A stretch of 64,000 bases of DNA from contig JAJDBV010000015.1 of assembly GCA_029261165.1 (NCBI GenBank), forward strand, positions 972 through 64,971. The letters are read 5' to 3'. Below are positions 47,547 to 56,428 of the stretch, one piece after another. The stretch comes from Nitrospirota bacterium (lineage in GTDB: Bacteria > Nitrospirota > Nitrospiria > SBBL01 > JAADHI01). The position numbers and the translations under genes were made by a program. Under the pieces are notes generated by a model. That model saw only the letters and a list, made by a program, of their open reading frames with translations, was not told the DNA's origin and made no database searches. Numbering within the stretch: the stretch's first letter is position 1; each line of letters opens with the position of its first letter.

Positions 47547-47601
47547 GCGCGTTTTTTAACCCTGTTCTTTTCAGGGGGGGGGCTTCAAGGATGGTGCGTT
47601 C

Positions 47602-48441
47602 TTATGTGGTCTCCAGGGGCTCTCTTTCTCTTTCCTGAAAACTCATTTTCATATATTTCTTCCGGATTTCCTCAAAGCTCCTCTGGTGGTTTGGACGGTC
47701 TGAGGGGGTCAGGAAGGAGCAGAGTTTTTTCTCGAGGGTATAGGTGTTCTGCTCGTTGCTGATGGCGATGACCCCACTGACAATGAGTTTTTGAAGTAGG
47801 AGCTCTTCTTGAGTTCGAATGTAGATGGTCTCGGCGATGGGCGTGAGGAGAAAATTACTGAGTAATATTCCGTAAAGAGTCGATGTCAGGGCGATCGGGA
47901 TTGTCTTGATGATGATACCGACATCCCCGATCCCTGAGAGCATTCCGATCAGGCCGATGACACTTCCCACAACACCGAAGGCAGGCGCAGCCCTTGCCAT
48001 GCTTCTGAAGACCCTTTCATTTTGCTCCCGCCTATGCTTGAAGAAGTACATTTCAGTAATAAGGATTTCCCTGATTTCGTTTTCTTTGTAGCCGTCGACG
48101 AGAATGCTCAGGGCATCCTTCAGAAAAGCAGTGCTTGTGCGCCCGAGTGATTTCTCAAGTGACAAGATTCCATCATACCGGCTTCGGACGGCTAAACTGA
48201 GCAGGGCTTTGATGATGAGGGCCTGACTGGGCAGCCGGGCAAGGTAGGCGTTGCGGGCGACGAGAAATGCGGACTGTATCCTGAAGAAGGGATAGCTTAA
48301 GAAGATGGCCCCGATCGTTCCGGAGATGACCACGAACAAAGCAGACAGATTAAAGTACAGGGCGACTCCCTCGCCAAGAAGAAAGCTGGTCATAAACACT
48401 AAAATGCAGAAGAAAGTACCGATGAAGTTGATTGGTCTCAT
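47602..48441 (-). CDS. motA: Flagellar stator protein MotA/PomA family
   Basis: 279 aa with 4 TM helices. The MotA_ExbB core is AAPAFGVVGSVIGLIGML...ALTSTLYGILLSNFLLTPIA. It is the last gene of the flagellar block and sits downstream of motB. Confidence 0.85.
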   Translation of the reverse strand: MRPINFIGTFFCILVFMTSFLLGEGVALYFNLSALFVVISGTIGAIFLSYPFFRIQSAFLVARNAYLARLPSQALIIKALLSLAVRSRYDGILSLEKSLGRTSTAFLKDALSILVDGYKENEIREILITEMYFFKHRREQNERVFRSMARAAPAFGVVGSVIGLIGMLSGIGDVGIIIKTIPIALTSTLYGILLSNFLLTPIAETIYIRTQEELLLQKLIVSGVIAISNEQNTYTLEKKLCSFLTPSDRPNHQRSFEEIRKKYMKMSFQEREREPLETT

Positions 48442-48445
48442 GTCG

Positions 48446-49303
48446 TTACCTCGTCGAGTTCCCTTTGTAGATATCTCTGGTGATGATAATTTCTACGCGC
48501 CTGTTCTTTTGTTTATTTTTATTCGTGGTATTCGGCACGATCGGCCTGTACATTGAGTGTCCAAGGATGCTGAAACGCCCCGGTTCAAGTTTGCCTTGTT
48601 CGATCAGGTATCGGGCCACTCCCGAGGCGCGTATGACGGAAAGTTCCCAGTTCGTCTGGAAAAGATCACTGCGTACAGGGAAGTTGTCTGTGTGCCCGGC
48701 AACGTGAACCTCGTTTTTTGTTTTTTTGAGAACCAAAGCAATCTTCTTCAAGAAATTCTTGGTTCCCTCTCTCAGCTCAGCCTTGCCCAGATCAAAAAGG
48801 AGAGGTCCTCTTACGCTGACCCGGACTGTTTTGTCTTTTTCGAGAACCACGTTTACATCCTCGAGATTGGCTTCTTTCACAGCCAGCTTGCTGACCTCAA
48901 AGAGTCTCTCCGGAGTCAATTCGAATTCCCCGAAGGACAGACCCTTTTGAGGCTTCAAAAAAGTGGTTTCCATTTTGGTCCCCACTTCTGGCTGAAAGGC
49001 TCCAAGGACATCCTTCTCAGTGAGTAAATATGAGTATAGGACTGCAAACATCACGAACATGGTCATCATGAGATCAGACCAGGGGACAGACCAGTGTTCC
49101 GGGGATACGTCTACTGCTTCATTTCTCCCCAGGTCAAAGTCACTCATATCGGCAACCGGATCATACGAGGTCCACTTCGGCATTCTCCGCTCGCCGATAC
49201 CAGGGGCACGCTGCCCGACCCACTCCTGCTTCTCTTCCAGTTCACCCCTCTGATATAGGGCGTCTATCCTCCTCTTAAAGTCCTCTTTGTCTTTTTCCTT
49301 CAT
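48446..49303 (-). CDS. motB: Flagellar stator protein MotB (OmpA-like C-terminus) with an extended N-terminus
   Basis: 285 aa. The plug/TM region WSVPWSDLMMTMFVMFAVLY contains the conserved Asp. The OmpA_C domain reads HVAGHTDNFPV...NWELSVIRASGVARYL...NRRVEIII. About 70 charged residues precede the TM. Confidence 0.85.
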   Translation of the reverse strand: MKEKDKEDFKRRIDALYQRGELEEKQEWVGQRAPGIGERRMPKWTSYDPVADMSDFDLGRNEAVDVSPEHWSVPWSDLMMTMFVMFAVLYSYLLTEKDVLGAFQPEVGTKMETTFLKPQKGLSFGEFELTPERLFEVSKLAVKEANLEDVNVVLEKDKTVRVSVRGPLLFDLGKAELREGTKNFLKKIALVLKKTKNEVHVAGHTDNFPVRSDLFQTNWELSVIRASGVARYLIEQGKLEPGRFSILGHSMYRPIVPNTTNKNKQKNRRVEIIITRDIYKGNSTR

Positions 49304-49347
49304 AAATCCTCACTGAAAGATCTCGGAGATCCGTCACCTGTAGACTG

Positions 49348-49896
49348 TCAGCGGGGTTTCCTGCTGAGCTTCTCACTTAATTTCGCAGCCTTGGTCGGGG
49401 ACAATCCGATTAAAATTTGAGCGACAGATTTTGGTTTGATTACTCTTAGAAGATTCAGGGCAAGTGATTCTTTCATTTTATCGATTCTTGTCGCGGCATC
49501 CTCTGGCGGCATCTTCTCATAGATTTTGGAAATCCGCCGGTAGCGCTCTTCTTGTTCCAATGCCATTTTTGATTTTTTTTGGGCTTTCTGTTGCGAGATG
49601 TCTTCTAGAATCTGAGTGTGTTTTTTAATCATACTACTTATTTCCTGCGCCATGATCTGAAGCCGTTGTTCTTTTACTTTAAGTGCTTCCGATTTTTTGT
49701 CGATGTCCTCATTTCTTTGACGGATTGCCTCAATCATGGTTTCCGGTGTTTCCGGTCTCAAAGGTGACTCCGTCTCCTTTGAGCTGTTCTTATTCAAGGG
49801 TTGAGATTGTGTAAGAAGAGGGAGTGGTTTTACGAAAAGGAAGAAGAGAGCAGCAGCGATGGATAAAATAATCTGATTGACACGGACTGTGATCAT
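49348..49896 (-). CDS. MotE/YlxF-like flagellar protein (MgtE_N-like C-terminus)
   Basis: 182 aa. An N-terminal TM and a coiled coil precede the C-terminal MPPEDAATRIDKM...AQILIGLSPTKAAKLSEKL. Its position after fliJ matches B. subtilis ylxF. Confidence 0.6.
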   Translation of the reverse strand: MITVRVNQIILSIAAALFFLFVKPLPLLTQSQPLNKNSSKETESPLRPETPETMIEAIRQRNEDIDKKSEALKVKEQRLQIMAQEISSMIKKHTQILEDISQQKAQKKSKMALEQEERYRRISKIYEKMPPEDAATRIDKMKESLALNLLRVIKPKSVAQILIGLSPTKAAKLSEKLSRKPR

Positions 49897-50336
49897 TGTA
49901 TGCTCCGTTCTCTGCGGCCTGAGACTTCATCCAGGATGGCCTTCTCATTCTTTTTGAGCCGGTCGGCTTGAATTTTTTGACGTTTGTTTTTGATGTTCTC
50001 GACAATTTTTTTCTCTTGTAAGAGATGTTCAAGACGAACACGATGAGTTTCACATTCCCCGGAAAGCGTCTGGACTTTCTTCTTCTGGTCCTTAATACGA
50101 TCTCCCTGAAGCTTAATGAATTGGTGTGAGAGGCTCATTTCTTGCGCATCGATTCCGCTTTTTTGTCGCTCAGCGATATCATTGATCACGTTCCTCCTTT
50201 TTTGATCCAATTGGAGGAGCTGATTCTCTTCAATCGAAAAGCGCTGTTTTAATTCCACCAATTCCCTCTGGACTTCTTCGACAAGATGGCTTCGATATTT
50301 AAGGACTGTATCTAGGTTGTTATGCGGGTTTGGCAC
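49893..50336 (-). CDS. fliJ: Flagellar export chaperone FliJ
   Basis: 147 aa and all coiled coil (LDTVLKYRSHLVEEVQRELVELKQ...). It lies immediately after fliI. Confidence 0.8.
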   Translation of the reverse strand: MPNPHNNLDTVLKYRSHLVEEVQRELVELKQRFSIEENQLLQLDQKRRNVINDIAERQKSGIDAQEMSLSHQFIKLQGDRIKDQKKKVQTLSGECETHRVRLEHLLQEKKIVENIKNKRQKIQADRLKKNEKAILDEVSGRRERSIQ

Positions 50337-50356
50337 TGTGATCTTTCTCTATTTGT

Positions 50357-51712
50357 CTAAGAGGCTGCAGCGATCCATTTCCGGTTCTGTGGTGACGCGT
50401 CAAACAGATCGTGCAAGTCCCGGATGCTCTCATTGAAATTGGCCATTTCATTGATGTCCTGGCGAAGATACGATTGAATTGCATCGTGTCGTTCAATCGC
50501 CTTGTCAATCTTGACACTGCTTCCTGATTTGTAGGCGCCGATGTGGATCAGGTCTTCGGCACTTTTGTAGCTTGCCGTCATATCGGTTAATTTTTTCGCG
50601 TCTTTAAGGTGTTCCGGGTCGACGATGTCAATCATGACCCGGCTTGTGCTGTTAAGAACATCGATGGCAGGATATTGGTTTTGAGCCGCGATTTCTCGAG
50701 AGAGAACAATGTGTCCATCCAGGATGGCCCGTACCGCGTCCGGAATCGGGTCATTCATGTCGTCTCCTTCTACCAAAACGGTATAAAGCCCTGTTATTGT
50801 TCCAACACCGGCACCGGTTCCGGCCCTCTCGAGAAATCTTGGAAGCAGGGCGAATACGGATGGTGTATATCCTTTTGTTGTTGGCGGTTCTCCGATGGCG
50901 AGCCCGATTTCACGTTGTGCGTGTGCAAGGCGGGTCAGGGAGTCCATCATCAAAAGGACATGTCGTCCTTGATCTCTGAAATATTCTGCGATGGTCATGG
51001 CAAGGAAGGCGCCCCGGTGTCTAATGAGAGGTGCCTGTTCAGAAGTCGCGACGATGACGATGGAGTTCTTGAGTCCCTCCTCACCCAGGTCCTTTTCGAT
51101 GAATTCTTTGACCTCCCGACCACGTTCTCCGATCAGCGCGATTACGTTCACATCGGCTTCCGTATAGCGGGAGATCATGCCAAGGAGGACGCTCTTTCCG
51201 ACACCGCTCCCTGCAAAGATGCCCATCCGTTGTCCGCGCCCACAGGTGAACAAACTATTAATGGACCGGATACCCAGGTCGAGTGGTTGAGTGATCCGCC
51301 GCCGTTGAAGCGGGTTTGGAGGGGAGGCATACAATGGATAGTGTTCATGGACATTGAGGGGCCCTCGTCCGTCAAGAGGATTTCCAAGGCCGTCGATGAC
51401 TCTGCCGAGCAAACCTTGACCCACTGCAGCCGTCGCGCGTCTCCCCCTGGAGTGAATTGCACTTCCGGGTCCGATCCCGGTTAATTCTCCCAGAGGCATC
51501 ATGAGGATCTTGTCTTCACGAAACCCGACAACCTCTGCCATAATCGGATTTTCAGTTCCCTTGGGTGTTATTTCGCAGACCTCTCCAACGGCAGAGATTG
51601 CGGCATGTCCCTCTACGACCAAGCCGATTGCCTGAGAGACGCGTCCACATACTGGAATTGTATTTATACGCCTAATTTTATCAATCAGGTGTTGGGTTTT
51701 ATTTTGCATCAT
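50357..51712 (-). CDS. fliI: Flagellum-specific ATPase FliI
   Basis: 451 aa. Walker A is GIFAGSGVGKS, Walker B is VLLMMDSLTRLA, with the F1-beta-like ITGLYTVLVEGDDMNDP. Confidence 0.95.
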   Translation of the reverse strand: MMQNKTQHLIDKIRRINTIPVCGRVSQAIGLVVEGHAAISAVGEVCEITPKGTENPIMAEVVGFREDKILMMPLGELTGIGPGSAIHSRGRRATAAVGQGLLGRVIDGLGNPLDGRGPLNVHEHYPLYASPPNPLQRRRITQPLDLGIRSINSLFTCGRGQRMGIFAGSGVGKSVLLGMISRYTEADVNVIALIGERGREVKEFIEKDLGEEGLKNSIVIVATSEQAPLIRHRGAFLAMTIAEYFRDQGRHVLLMMDSLTRLAHAQREIGLAIGEPPTTKGYTPSVFALLPRFLERAGTGAGVGTITGLYTVLVEGDDMNDPIPDAVRAILDGHIVLSREIAAQNQYPAIDVLNSTSRVMIDIVDPEHLKDAKKLTDMTASYKSAEDLIHIGAYKSGSSVKIDKAIERHDAIQSYLRQDINEMANFNESIRDLHDLFDASPQNRKWIAAAS

Positions 51713-52421
51713 TTTCCAAGGAGTCCATTGCTTTTAATTCTTGCGCAATGATGGAGATTTGACTTTCTATACGTGCATCGATCATCCGGCTGTTGCTTTC
51801 TACGACACATTCACCTGAGGTGAGACTGCCGTCCGGTTCAAGGTTTATATTTTGAAACTCTTGAAGTAATTGGGTCATTTCGGCGCAGTCACTTCCCAGT
51901 CTCTCAAGAGTTTCGGGATGGATCCGGATTGTGATTGATTCGTTCTGCCCGATGATCTGAATGGCTTTTCGAATGGTCGCTGTGACATATTCCTTGTTTT
52001 GGTGTAATTCCCGGCCGAGGACACGGCGTGCAACCGCCAGCACAAGGACGAGGATGTCTTCCTCAGACGCTTTGAACTGACTTTCTTTATAATGGTTAAG
52101 TGCATCAAGGAGCTGTTTCAGACGTTGAGACGCTCCCTCAACCTTCTTCAGACCGAGTTCCTGTCCGGCTTGTTCCCCTGAGGCAAATCCTCTTTCGTAG
52201 GCATCCCGCTCGATGGCCGATAGTTTCCCCCCGATCTGGCCTGTCTGTTCCCCAACCTGATCGGGGCGATTGCGGGTGTGATCTTGAAAATGGATAGACC
52301 TGATTCCGACCGATTCATTGTTCTCTCTGACGACGGGGGTAAGCTCTTCCAGTGCATACTCGGAAATACATAGGTCCTGTGAGACATCCTCTTTCCTGAT
52401 TTTATACCATTGCATCGCCAC
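51699..52421 (-). CDS. fliH: Flagellar assembly protein FliH
   Basis: 240 aa. FliH-like segments include AYERGFASGEQAG and ILVLVLAVARRVLGREL. It sits between fliG and fliI with overlapping ends. Confidence 0.85.
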   Translation of the reverse strand: MAMQWYKIRKEDVSQDLCISEYALEELTPVVRENNESVGIRSIHFQDHTRNRPDQVGEQTGQIGGKLSAIERDAYERGFASGEQAGQELGLKKVEGASQRLKQLLDALNHYKESQFKASEEDILVLVLAVARRVLGRELHQNKEYVTATIRKAIQIIGQNESITIRIHPETLERLGSDCAEMTQLLQEFQNINLEPDGSLTSGECVVESNSRMIDARIESQISIIAQELKAMDSLENDAK

Positions 52422-53403
52422 CCCCCCCTCCGCCGATTACGATCTTCCCTTCTTCTTCCAGTTTTTTTGCGATTTTAAGAATGTCCATCTGGGCTTTTTC
52501 GACCTCGGAGAGTTTTACCGGTCCTTTGGCTTCCATGTCTTCCTTAAAAAGCTGAACTGCACGCTCTGACATGTTACTGAAGAATTTTTCTTTGAGATCC
52601 TCCTTGACCGCACGGAGCGCGAGGGCCAGGTCTTCTTTACTGACTGTTTTAAGGAGCTCCTGTAGTCCACGGTTATCCAATTGAATTAGATCGTCGAAGA
52701 CGAACATCAGCTGACGTATTTCTTCAGCCAGCTCGGGTTGTTTGTCCGTAATTGAAGTCATGATGGCTTCTTCTGATGTTTTGTCCGTGATATTTAAAAT
52801 GTCGGCCACAAGTTTCACGCCTTTGACCTTTCGTCCGGAAGCCGTTCCGGTCACGCTCATGTCGCTTTTAAGTGCCGCACCAATTTCTTTCATCACACCG
52901 GGTGGAATATCCTCCAATGTTGCCATGCGGACAATGACATCCGCCTTTTGTTCTTGTGAAAAATGGGAGAGGACCTCGCTGCTTTGGCTCATCTCAAGCT
53001 GGGTGAGAATCAGGCTGATCGTCTGAGGATGTTCTCCTCGAATCAAACTGGCAATCGACCTGGGATCCATCCACTTCAAGGACTCCAAGCCGCCATCATC
53101 CTCGGTGGAGAGACCGTCCATGACATGCGTTGCCTTCTCTTCTCCGAGCGCCCTCACCAAGACCTTTTGGATATAATCCTTTCCCTCGATGGTGATACCG
53201 CCCGTTTCATTCAGGCTTTCTGAGAATTCCTTTAGGACGATTTCGACCTCTTCTTTGGGAACATCGGAAAGACTTGCGATCATTGCCCCGATCTTACGGA
53301 GATCCTTAGGGTCAAGACCCTTCATGACCTCTGAGGCCGCATCTTCCCCCAATTTCATCAATAAAATTGCAGTCTTTTCAAATCCGTTAAGCGTTCGTGC
53401 CAT
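52402..53403 (-). CDS. fliG: Flagellar motor switch protein FliG
   Basis: 333 aa. Motifs present: KTAILLMKLGEDAASEVMK, the EHPQTISLIL motif, and MFVFDDL. Confidence 0.95.
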   Translation of the reverse strand: MARTLNGFEKTAILLMKLGEDAASEVMKGLDPKDLRKIGAMIASLSDVPKEEVEIVLKEFSESLNETGGITIEGKDYIQKVLVRALGEEKATHVMDGLSTEDDGGLESLKWMDPRSIASLIRGEHPQTISLILTQLEMSQSSEVLSHFSQEQKADVIVRMATLEDIPPGVMKEIGAALKSDMSVTGTASGRKVKGVKLVADILNITDKTSEEAIMTSITDKQPELAEEIRQLMFVFDDLIQLDNRGLQELLKTVSKEDLALALRAVKEDLKEKFFSNMSERAVQLFKEDMEAKGPVKLSEVEKAQMDILKIAKKLEEEGKIVIGGGGGGDAMV

Positions 53404-55023
53404 CTATGGTTCCTTTAGCCATTTTTTTACAATTTGTGCCGTCACCTCGGGATTTTCTTTCGCCACCTTGATGGGGTCTCCCAACGGTTGTCCGGTACTC
53501 GTGCCCTCTTCCTCACCTGGTGGCTGTAATTGCGGAGTTCGAGAAAGGGAGGGGAGTGCGGCCGCGCCTTCAGTGCTCAGGGGGAGAGGGAGAGGTAGAG
53601 GAGCAGTCAGCGCCTTCAGGATGGGCTTGATGATCAACATGAATATGATCAAGGCAAAGATCGGTCCACCGGCATAACGGGCGATCGGCAACCATCGGGC
53701 CACTTGATCCAGCGTGGACTCAGGCTGAATGGTGTCTTCTTCCATAAGAGAATCTGCTTCCAGGGGGAAATTAACCACTTCCACCTGATCGTTCCGCTCA
53801 GGAGAATATCCCATTGCCTTCTTGACGACACCCTCTAGTTTTTTCATTTCTTCTTCGGTCCTGGGGATATATTTTCGGAGTGTTTCTCCTTCTTCATTTG
53901 TTGAGGTCTCATAGGTTCCGTCAATCAGGACCGCGACGGAGAGTCTCTGAATCGATCCTGTCGGTTCAACAATACGGCTGATCGTCTTGTTGATTTCATA
54001 GTTAATGACTTCATTCTTCTTCTGTGTCTGGTTCTGGTTGGTGACCTGGGCTTGAGAGGGCGATTCAGAAACCGGAGGGACGTTGGATGAAACGCCCGGG
54101 ATGCCGGAAGCATTGTTCGCCCTAGATGAGCCCGACAACTTTTCCTGAGATCGTGTTTCACTCCGTACGACCTGGACATCAGGATCAAAGCGTTCTTCTG
54201 TCAGTTCGATCTGTCTGAAGTCGAGGATGCTGGAGACGCGGACAACTGCCTTATCCTGGCCGACAATCCGTTCGAGCATGGTTCGGACCTTTTTCCCGAT
54301 ATCTTTCTCAAGGGCTGCCTGAAAAGTGAGTCGTGTATCGCTCACTTGTGCAGACCCGGATTCTTCCGCACCGCTTGAAAGAACCTGTCCACGGTTGTCG
54401 ACAACGGTGACAGACTGAGGGTCCATGCCTTCCACGCTGCTGGACACAAGGTGTGTGATCCCATTTATTTGTGTGAGAGAAAGTTTCTGGCCTGGACGGA
54501 TATTGATGACCACGGCAGCTCTCGCATTTTCCTGGCGTTCCGAAAAGAGAGCCCGCTCCGGCACAACCAGGTGAACCCTCGCCCCGCTGATGGCTGAGAT
54601 CTGGCTGATCGTTCTTGACAGCTCACCCTGTAAAGCTCTGCGAAAATTGAGTTTCTGGACAAACTCGGTTGTTCCAAAGCTGGTCTCGTCAAAAATCTCG
54701 AAACCAATGCCCCCTCCCTGAGGAAGTCCCTGGCTGGCCAATTGCATTCGAAGTTCATGAACCCTTTCAGAGGGAACAAGAACTGCTGTCCCATCTGGGG
54801 ACAATCGGTAGGAAACGTCGAGTTCTTTAAACTTGGTGACGACGGCCCCCGCATCTTCTGATGAGAGATTCGAATAAAGGATCTGATAGTTCGGTTTCTG
54901 CATCCAGAGCCAGACGACGGCCATTGATGCCAATCCGCCGGCCAGGGCAAATGAAAGGATGATCTTTCTAACGCCATCCGATCTGGATAAACTGCTTTTA
55001 AGATCTTTTACAATATCTGCCAT
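53404..55023 (-). CDS. fliF: Flagellar M-ring protein FliF
   Basis: 539 aa. An N-terminal TM is followed by YscJ/FliF domains (YQILYSNLSSEDAGAVV, GARVHLVVPE) and a C-terminal TM. The FliG-binding tail is AQIVKKWL. Confidence 0.93.
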   Translation of the reverse strand: MADIVKDLKSSLSRSDGVRKIILSFALAGGLASMAVVWLWMQKPNYQILYSNLSSEDAGAVVTKFKELDVSYRLSPDGTAVLVPSERVHELRMQLASQGLPQGGGIGFEIFDETSFGTTEFVQKLNFRRALQGELSRTISQISAISGARVHLVVPERALFSERQENARAAVVINIRPGQKLSLTQINGITHLVSSSVEGMDPQSVTVVDNRGQVLSSGAEESGSAQVSDTRLTFQAALEKDIGKKVRTMLERIVGQDKAVVRVSSILDFRQIELTEERFDPDVQVVRSETRSQEKLSGSSRANNASGIPGVSSNVPPVSESPSQAQVTNQNQTQKKNEVINYEINKTISRIVEPTGSIQRLSVAVLIDGTYETSTNEEGETLRKYIPRTEEEMKKLEGVVKKAMGYSPERNDQVEVVNFPLEADSLMEEDTIQPESTLDQVARWLPIARYAGGPIFALIIFMLIIKPILKALTAPLPLPLPLSTEGAAALPSLSRTPQLQPPGEEEGTSTGQPLGDPIKVAKENPEVTAQIVKKWLKEP

Positions 55024-55195
55024 GTGATATCCTCTAAAGAACCATATTCGACCGCTTGAATCGGTCTCTGCGATTGTAGCGTTACGCGTTTGTTACGATG
55101 ATCTTTATCCAACCAGCGAAGAAATGTGAGCGTTGAGAGGGAGGCTCCATTCGGCTTTGCCGGTGGAGGGGGCGACGTAAGCCCCCTTTATGGCT

Positions 55196-55492
55196 CTATA
55201 TCTGCATCCGTGTCATTTCTTCATAAGCTGAAAGAATCTTGTTGCGGACCTGCATCATCAATTGGAAGGAAACATCTGCCTTTTCGATTGCAATCATCGT
55301 CTCGTGAAGGTTTTGTGTCTTCCCTGTTGCCAGGTCAGAAACGGCGTGATCTGCTTCCATTTGAAGAGAGTTGGTCTGATTGATCGATTCCTTGAGGGTC
55401 TCCATGAAGGGCTTTTCGCCGGGATTTGAATCGCCCTGCTTGACCCGGCTCAGGTTGCCCATCGCCTTTGGTCCAATCGGTTGAATTGCCAT
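55196..55492 (-). CDS. fliE: Flagellar hook-basal body protein FliE
   Basis: 98 aa with the C-terminal FliE signature TMIAIEKADVSFQLMMQVRNKILSAYEEMTRMQI. Confidence 0.9.
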   Translation of the reverse strand: MAIQPIGPKAMGNLSRVKQGDSNPGEKPFMETLKESINQTNSLQMEADHAVSDLATGKTQNLHETMIAIEKADVSFQLMMQVRNKILSAYEEMTRMQI

Positions 55493-55561
55493 GAGTTTTG
55501 ACTCCTAAATAGTGACTTTACAGCTTCTTTCCGCTTGCCGTTTTAGAAGAGAAGGGTCCGT

Positions 55562-55999
55562 TTAGCGCCCTATCTCCAGTGCTTTTCCGGCCATTCTTTT
55601 TGTCGCGTTCAGGGCCGTGACGTTGGCCTCATAAGAACGGAGTGCTGACATCATGTTGACCATTTCTTCCATCGCATTGATATTGGGGTACAGGACGTAA
55701 CCCTCTCCGTCTGCAGAAGGATTTTGAGGTTCATAAACCTTCTTGAACGGTCGTTGATCCAGAACAATCCGGGAGATCTCTACGCCCTGTCGGGAGGCCT
55801 CAGTATTCCCCTGAAGTATGGATTCGAAGGAGCGTTCCAAGGGAGCAGACTTAAAAACAACATCTTTTCGTTGGTACGGGCCTCCCTCCGTTGTTTGTGT
55901 CGAATCGACATTGGCGAGATTACTCGAAATGATGTTGAGGCGCATCTTTTGTGCGTTAAGTCCGGATGCAGAGATGCGCATCGCGTCTTCCAGGTTCAT
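55562..55999 (-). CDS. flgC: Flagellar basal-body rod protein FlgC
   Basis: 145 aa. The N-terminus is ISASGLNAQKMRLNIISSNLANVDST and the C-terminus is EEMVNMMSALRSYEANV. Confidence 0.93.
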   Translation of the reverse strand: MNLEDAMRISASGLNAQKMRLNIISSNLANVDSTQTTEGGPYQRKDVVFKSAPLERSFESILQGNTEASRQGVEISRIVLDQRPFKKVYEPQNPSADGEGYVLYPNINAMEEMVNMMSALRSYEANVTALNATKRMAGKALEIGR

Positions 56000-56002
56000 G
56001 GT

Positions 56003-56419
56003 TTACCTCCCTTCTCGAATAACATTCTTCAGTCCTCGAAATTTTGAGGCGATGATTTGTGCGGTTGCGTTATACATCAAGGTATTTTCGGCCAGTTTTA
56101 CCATCTCTTCTTCCCCGTTGACCGTATTCCCATCCAGACGTGTCGATCTGCTCGAGGCGGATTGTACCGCATGTGACGTACTTGAATCGGCCCTCTTCAA
56201 AGCAGGTGTGAGGTGAGACGGATTTGTCTTTTTTAAGGGTATTTTTGTGGAGGTGCCATTGGCGGTGTTCATGATCTCCTTAAACCGGATTTCTTTAGAT
56301 CGATATCCGGGAGTATCCTGGTTGGCAATATTCCCGGATATAACCTGGTGACGTTCACTTCGCAGGTTCAATGCTTGTTCCATCAAGGACATGGTCTTGC
56401 TGAAAAGGTCGATGATCAT
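56003..56419 (-). CDS. flgB: Flagellar basal-body rod protein FlgB
   Basis: 138 aa with the rod motifs RHQVISGNIANQDTPGY and EEMVKLAENTLMYNA. The start lies only 9 nt after the stop of the upstream response-regulator gene. Confidence 0.9.
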   Translation of the reverse strand: MIIDLFSKTMSLMEQALNLRSERHQVISGNIANQDTPGYRSKEIRFKEIMNTANGTSTKIPLKKTNPSHLTPALKRADSSTSHAVQSASSRSTRLDGNTVNGEEEMVKLAENTLMYNATAQIIASKFRGLKNVIREGR

Positions 56420-56428
56420 CTTCGGCTC

